Source: Clostridiales bacterium (GTDB taxonomy: Bacteria; Bacillota; Clostridia; Saccharofermentanales; Saccharofermentanaceae). Taken from it: DNA of 64,000 nt. The notes below the pieces were generated by a model that did no database searches, was not told where the DNA came from, and was given only the letters and a program-made list of their open reading frames with translations. This document shows positions 59,098 to 64,000 of the stretch, in pieces. Location: positions 1-64,000 of the forward strand of contig JAFWDK010000006.1 of NCBI GenBank assembly GCA_017513085.1, read 5' to 3'. Positions within the stretch are counted from its first letter, which is position 1; each line of letters begins with the position of its first letter. The translations under genes were made by a program, and so were the position numbers.

Positions 59098-60333
59098 ATG
59101 TCTTCAGAAACACCGTCCACTTCAGTCTCTTCCCCGAAAACCAAAGGAAGTTCTTTTCTCTGGACTCTTCGTTATACGCTGATCAATGCCACATACTTCT
59201 CCGCATTCTGCACGATCCACGCATGCGCCGCCGTGTTTCTTCTCGGCAATGGTTTTTCGAACACGGAAGTCGGCGTGCTTCTGGCTGTGGCAAACATCAT
59301 TTCCGCAATCGTTCAGCCGGTCATTGCCGGTATCATCGATAAGCAAGGCGCGCTGACGAACCGGCGTTTCATCCTGATATCCGTCTTAACGATCTTATCC
59401 GGATCGGTCCTTCTCTTGTTTTCCGCAAACAACAAAGCGGTGATCTTCCCTGTCTTTGCCCTGATCTATATGATTCAGTTCGCTTACCAGCCTGTCATGA
59501 CCGCGCTCTGTTTTGAATATCAAAAAGCGGGTGCGCCGATCGTCTACGGCCTCGCGCGCGGCTTGGGCTCAGCCAGTTTCGCCATTACCTCAGCCTTCAT
59601 CGGCGGGCTGATCGAGAAGCAAGGGATCACGATCCTGCTTTACATCAATATCGTTGTCATGCTTCTTTCCGCGATCCTGATCTTTACTTTTTGGAAACCG
59701 AAGAACGAAGTGTCCGCTTCGGACCCCGAGTCTGCCAAGTCTTCCGGCAACACTTCCCTTATCTCCTTTATCCGCGCTTATCCTGCTTTCTCTTTGTTTC
59801 TTGTCGGAGTCATCTGTTTTTTCTTCGCGCATAATATGATCAACGATTTCATGATCCAGATCATCAGAAATCTTGGCGGTGGTGAAAGAGAACTGGGGTA
59901 TGCCAACTTCCTTCAGGCGATTCTGGAACTTCCCGTCATGGCAATGATCGGTCTGATCCTAAAGAAGATTTCCGCCAAGAGCCTCTTACTTCTCTCCGGA
60001 GTAGCGTTTTTCGTGAAGATCCTGATCCTGATCTTTGCATCCAATATGGGACACATGTATCTCAGCCAATGCTTCCAGCTTCTGGCTTATGCCGTGTTCA
60101 TACCGGCAGCTGCGTATTACGTCAGCAAAACCATGGCCGACCATGATCAGGTCAAAGGTCAGGCCTTTGTGACCAGCTGCATTACCATCGGCGGAGTATT
60201 CTCAAATCTTATCAGTGGCGTGATCCTCGATCATTTCGGCATCCGCCCCATGCTCATCACCGGCACGGTCGTCTGTGCAATCGGCGTTCTCATCGGGTTT
60301 GTCGCCATGGTGAAACTGCCTTCCAGAAAATGA
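59098..60333 (+). CDS. MFS transporter
   Basis: About 12 TM segments; YGLARGLGS motif. Confidence 0.88.
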   Translation: MSSETPSTSVSSPKTKGSSFLWTLRYTLINATYFSAFCTIHACAAVFLLGNGFSNTEVGVLLAVANIISAIVQPVIAGIIDKQGALTNRRFILISVLTILSGSVLLLFSANNKAVIFPVFALIYMIQFAYQPVMTALCFEYQKAGAPIVYGLARGLGSASFAITSAFIGGLIEKQGITILLYINIVVMLLSAILIFTFWKPKNEVSASDPESAKSSGNTSLISFIRAYPAFSLFLVGVICFFFAHNMINDFMIQIIRNLGGGERELGYANFLQAILELPVMAMIGLILKKISAKSLLLLSGVAFFVKILILIFASNMGHMYLSQCFQLLAYAVFIPAAAYYVSKTMADHDQVKGQAFVTSCITIGGVFSNLISGVILDHFGIRPMLITGTVVCAIGVLIGFVAMVKLPSRK

Positions 60334-60338
60334 CCCTC

Positions 60339-61199
60339 TCAGCAATTCCCGGTATACACGTATTTTAGTTTTTCCCGGGCTATAGCGGCTAGCGCATAGA
60401 CATCCTTAACTGCCGTTGCTTTTGCATCCGTCATTTGAAATCTCGGAAAAAACCTCGATACGTGAAACGGCACTTCCTCTCCTATGACCCGTCCGTTTCC
60501 ATCCTGTAAAGATGCGACCCAGGACACCATCTCGCGCATCATTTCCTTCTCCGCGCTTATTCCCGGCACAGCCAGGCAAGTCAGTTCCACATGAGCGATC
60601 TTTACCGCCTCGGAAACAAACGCCTTCGTCATGGCAAGGCTTCCCCCGAGCACGTCTTTGTAGATGCTTTCCGAAAAGCACTTGATATCAATATTCATGG
60701 CGTCGATATAGGGACCGATCTCCCGAAGGACGGATAATTCCGCCGTCCCGTTTGTCACCAGAACATTCTTCAGTCCTTTATGATGCGCAATCTTCGCCGT
60801 ATCGCGCACAAACTCATATCCGACGAGCGGCTCGTTATATGTATATGCTATGCCGATATTTCCTTCGTTTTGATATTTTTCAGCAACCCGGACAAGCTGC
60901 TCCGGCTCGACCACATCCGCCGATTCCTCCCAGCGCTCTACTCCCTCTCCCCAGGATATCTCGCTGTTCTGACAAAACGGGCAACGGAGATTACAGCCAT
61001 AGCTGCCTACCGACAGGATCATGGATCCGGGCATAAAACGGCGTAATGGTTTTTTCTCGATCGGATCAAGAGCAATCGAAGTGATGCGGCCGTAATTCTT
61101 CGCCACGACTTGCCCGCCCGAAGCAACCCGAGCGCCACAGACTCCATATTGTCCTTCGCTCAATTCACAATGTCGGAAACAAACCTGGCACTTCGTCAC
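60339..61199 (-). CDS. amrS: AmmeMemoRadiSam system radical SAM enzyme
   Basis: CQVCFRHC, DPIEKKPL, CNLRCPFC and YTYNEP; GTG start after GAGG. Confidence 0.92.
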   Translation of the reverse strand: MTKCQVCFRHCELSEGQYGVCGARVASGGQVVAKNYGRITSIALDPIEKKPLRRFMPGSMILSVGSYGCNLRCPFCQNSEISWGEGVERWEESADVVEPEQLVRVAEKYQNEGNIGIAYTYNEPLVGYEFVRDTAKIAHHKGLKNVLVTNGTAELSVLREIGPYIDAMNIDIKCFSESIYKDVLGGSLAMTKAFVSEAVKIAHVELTCLAVPGISAEKEMMREMVSWVASLQDGNGRVIGEEVPFHVSRFFPRFQMTDAKATAVKDVYALAAIAREKLKYVYTGNC

Positions 61200-61215
61200 T
61201 TTTTCCTCTGCTCCC

Positions 61216-62643
61216 TCACACGTGGCGCACAACTTCGAAGCGTTGCAGCGAGTAGTTCTCATGTTCCGCAATACCGCCTTTGCGCATCGCTATCGAAACT
61301 TGCTCATCAACCGTATCCACACCGTCCAGATCAGGAAGAAGCAAGCCTCGTCTTCCATCACGCGTCGACACTATAACACCGTATCGCTTCACATCCAGCT
61401 CGGATCTTGAATCGATCGGTTCCGCCTCACCTAAAACATCCACGTTGATCTCCAGCCAGGCCAGTTCCTCCTCCCGGATCGGATCGAATCTCGGATCACG
61501 GGTACTCGCACTGATGGCATTATTAATGATCTCCTGCGCCAGGCTTGGCGTTGTCGGCGCAATCGTTCCGATGCATCCCCGGAGCATGCCTTGTTTATGT
61601 ATCGATACAAAAGCACCGGCCTTTGTATCCTGAAGCTCCTGCGGGATCGTAACACCTTCTTTTTCCAGGATCAGAAGCGCCTCCGGAACACGAAGTTTCT
61701 TTTTCTCCCGGATATAGCTTTCCAAAGAAAGCCTTGCCAGGCGCACAAACGCATCCGACGAGGCACGCTTATCGGCAAGTGCTTTTTCCTTTTCAGAAAG
61801 ATAAATCTTCAAGAACCGTCGTTCCTCCCGGGTTTCACTTGAAGCCTTCGGATAGAAAGTACAGATACCGTACCCCACGCCGGTAACATCCTGATGGCAA
61901 AGCGCCCTGGCCTCTACGTCGATTCCGTCCCAGGCGCCGGCCATGATGACAAAAGAACGATGTCCGCATTCTGCTGCCTTATCGCAGAATGCTTCCTCGA
62001 AGTCGAACAGTTCGCCAAAAGCACCGCGCCCCATGACATCCATGATCCGCTCGTCGTACACCGGTCCTTCCGGCGCAAAACCATATGGCCCATAGTCCTG
62101 AAGTTTGTGGGAAAGATCACCACTGGCCACGATCACGACTTTACGGTTCAGCGCATTGACCGCCCGTGCCAGGATCGTACCGAATTGATAATGGTCGGCC
62201 AGAGGAAGTCCGGAAAGGCCTATCCTGACGATCTTTCCTCCCTTGTATGCATTGCGGATAAACCATAGCGGCACCATCGTGCCGTGGTCCAGATCCGGTT
62301 CCTGTTCTCCCATGGTTCCTGCCGAAAAGTTCTCGTGATACGCGATTTCACTGATCTTATCCACAAGTTCTTCATCATACTCTTCGGAGAATTTCACATC
62401 CGGTGCACGGAAATAAGAAAATGAGCCCTTCGCTTTTTTTCCGGGGGATATATGAAAATAGTCCGCATAGAGTGTCGCATGCGGACTGGTGATCACGATC
62501 GTGTCCGGCGAAAGGGCAGCGATCTCTCCGGCAACCTGCTCGTACGCACGAATCGTTTCTTCAACTCGTTTTTCACTTCCACGTCCGACTGAAGGGACGA
62601 TCATCGGAGGGTGGGGAACCATAAAAGAAGCCAGGACAGACAT
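61216..62643 (-). CDS. amrA: AmmeMemoRadiSam protein A: Memo/LigB-like domain fused to an AMMECR1 domain
   Basis: PHPP, DHGTMVPL and SGDLSH, then LRGCIGT, DPRF and GLLLPDL. Confidence 0.92.
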   Translation of the reverse strand: MSVLASFMVPHPPMIVPSVGRGSEKRVEETIRAYEQVAGEIAALSPDTIVITSPHATLYADYFHISPGKKAKGSFSYFRAPDVKFSEEYDEELVDKISEIAYHENFSAGTMGEQEPDLDHGTMVPLWFIRNAYKGGKIVRIGLSGLPLADHYQFGTILARAVNALNRKVVIVASGDLSHKLQDYGPYGFAPEGPVYDERIMDVMGRGAFGELFDFEEAFCDKAAECGHRSFVIMAGAWDGIDVEARALCHQDVTGVGYGICTFYPKASSETREERRFLKIYLSEKEKALADKRASSDAFVRLARLSLESYIREKKKLRVPEALLILEKEGVTIPQELQDTKAGAFVSIHKQGMLRGCIGTIAPTTPSLAQEIINNAISASTRDPRFDPIREEELAWLEINVDVLGEAEPIDSRSELDVKRYGVIVSTRDGRRGLLLPDLDGVDTVDEQVSIAMRKGGIAEHENYSLQRFEVVRHV

Positions 62644-62705
62644 AAGAATACCTTCCTTTCGTATCCGGTATCCCCTCGCATCCGGAATACCGGAGCGCCG
62701 ACAGA

Positions 62706-63269
62706 TCAATCTCCGATCGGCTCGCCTTTTCCGTTAAACAGCGGGAGTTTTTCAATGTATCGGATATCGTCTCTCTTCGCCGCGTCACCTTCCGCCAACA
62801 CGCATACGCGTCCGGCCACTTCGCCACCGCAAAGTCTGACTAACTCCTCCATCGCACGAAGAGAACCACCGGTCGAGACAACATCATCCACAAGAAGCAC
62901 ACGCTTTCCGCGGATCAGATCTGCATCGTCTCTTCCGAGATAAAGCCTCTGCACACCTCTTGTGGTAATGGAGGTATCCTCGACCGAAATCGGATCCGGC
63001 ATATAGTTTTTGAGACCTTTTCTGGCTACAAAATATTTTTTCGATCCGGATTGTCTTGCCATTTCATGTGCAAGCGGAATACCCTTGGCCTCCGCCGTAA
63101 ATATGTAATCATACTCCTCATGAGGCATCAGTTTCAGAAGTTCCCTGCCGCAAGCTTCCGTGATCTGCGCATCGCCAAAGCAGATAAATGCGGCGATATA
63201 AAGATCATCGGCAATCTTACAAAGAGGGAGTTCTCTCTCCAGACCTGCTATTGTCATCTTATATTTCAT
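62706..63269 (-). CDS. Type I phosphoribosyltransferase (adenine PRTase-like)
   Basis: EAKGIP, ARK and VLLVDDVVSTGGS PRPP motif. Confidence 0.88.
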   Translation of the reverse strand: MKYKMTIAGLERELPLCKIADDLYIAAFICFGDAQITEACGRELLKLMPHEEYDYIFTAEAKGIPLAHEMARQSGSKKYFVARKGLKNYMPDPISVEDTSITTRGVQRLYLGRDDADLIRGKRVLLVDDVVSTGGSLRAMEELVRLCGGEVAGRVCVLAEGDAAKRDDIRYIEKLPLFNGKGEPIGD

Positions 63270-63315
63270 GTTGTATCCTCCCTCGTTTATCTTGTCTGAT
63301 CTTGGGGTCCAAGCA

Positions 63316-64000
63316 CTAGTCCATCTTCACTTCATCAAGAAGGGCGAAGCGATATCCTTCGCCTTCCAGATATGTCAGAACAGAATCCAGCGCCGCTTCA
63401 TTGGCCGAAGAATCATTGTGCATCAGGATCACTGCGCCGTTATGGTGTCTTCTCTTAAAGCTGGCCAGAACATCTGCCGGGTCAGGCTGATTGTTCTGAT
63501 CGTAATCGTAAAGCGCAAAACTCCAGAACACTGTTGTGTAGCCGCAATCGCGGACAATACTGAGCAACCGCTTGGTATAAGAACCCGTCGGCGGACGGAA
63601 GAACTTGTCGATCTCATAACCGGTCTTCTCGTAGAAATACTCCTCCACATCAAGGATCTCGGCAATGATATCTTCTACTGTCCGGACAGTCAGGTCAGTA
63701 TGCGAAACCGTGTGGTTGCATACCATGTGTCCTTCCTGCTTCATGCGGACGCAATAATCGGAACACTCTTCGAGATACATCTTGGTCACAAAGAAGTTTG
63801 CCTTTACATTATGTGCTTTCAACGTATCAAGAATATTCTTCGTCCGGTTCGAAGGGAAACCGCAGTCGAAGGTCAGATATACGACCTTGTCGTCGTCCTT
63901 GGCGTTCTTATCCACATAAAAGGCGTTATATTCCGAAATATTGAAATATTCGTAGGATCCGGACTGCTCATGGTTATCCTTCAGGATATAGCACCACGTA
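63316..64000 (-). CDS. Polysaccharide deacetylase (CE4, PdaA-like), 5'-partial
   Basis: YLTFDCG, NHTVSH, FRPP.G and LMHN motifs; the frame stays open to the window end. Confidence 0.9.
   Translation of the reverse strand, partial: TWCYILKDNHEQSGSYEYFNISEYNAFYVDKNAKDDDKVVYLTFDCGFPSNRTKNILDTLKAHNVKANFFVTKMYLEECSDYCVRMKQEGHMVCNHTVSHTDLTVRTVEDIIAEILDVEEYFYEKTGYEIDKFFRPPTGSYTKRLLSIVRDCGYTTVFWSFALYDYDQNNQPDPADVLASFKRRHHNGAVILMHNDSSANEAALDSVLTYLEGEGYRFALLDEVKMD

Overview
64 kb of ordinary-looking chromosome from a monoderm (Firmicutes, Clostridia-like) anaerobe; the taxonomy is inferred from gene content. I saw no rRNA, tRNA, CRISPR, integrase or transposase. From left to right: (1) the 5' 5.2 kb of a giant surface adhesin that the ORF track missed because it runs off the window; (2) a yebC to rpsT housekeeping/unknown-function operon; (3) a complete type IV pilus (T4P) locus at about 9.7-23.5 kb, with pilD, pilB-T-C-M-N-O, three head-less pilins, two minor pilins and a large PilX/K-like tip pilin; (4) two YfhO-type glycosyltransferases with a DEDDh exonuclease; (5) a lipid kinase, a foldase-like protein and a GH5; (6) a two-component system with an ABC exporter; (7) a split methionine synthase cluster interrupted by a doubly broken lipoprotein gene; (8) an Lsa-type ABC-F with an attenuator leader; (9) GH3, an LRR-DUF4214 protein, an HEXXH lipoprotein, an amino-acid ABC transporter, an MFS transporter and an AmmeMemoRadiSam cluster. 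The best candidate for an undescribed system is the T4P locus. Its apparent major pilins are only 56-61 aa after processing, lack a globular head and the usual Gly14/Pro22, and each sits behind its own promoter. Its prepilin peptidase has a degenerate GxGD site, and its PilB carries an MshEN c-di-GMP-binding motif. All family calls come from motif recognition by eye; no searches were run.
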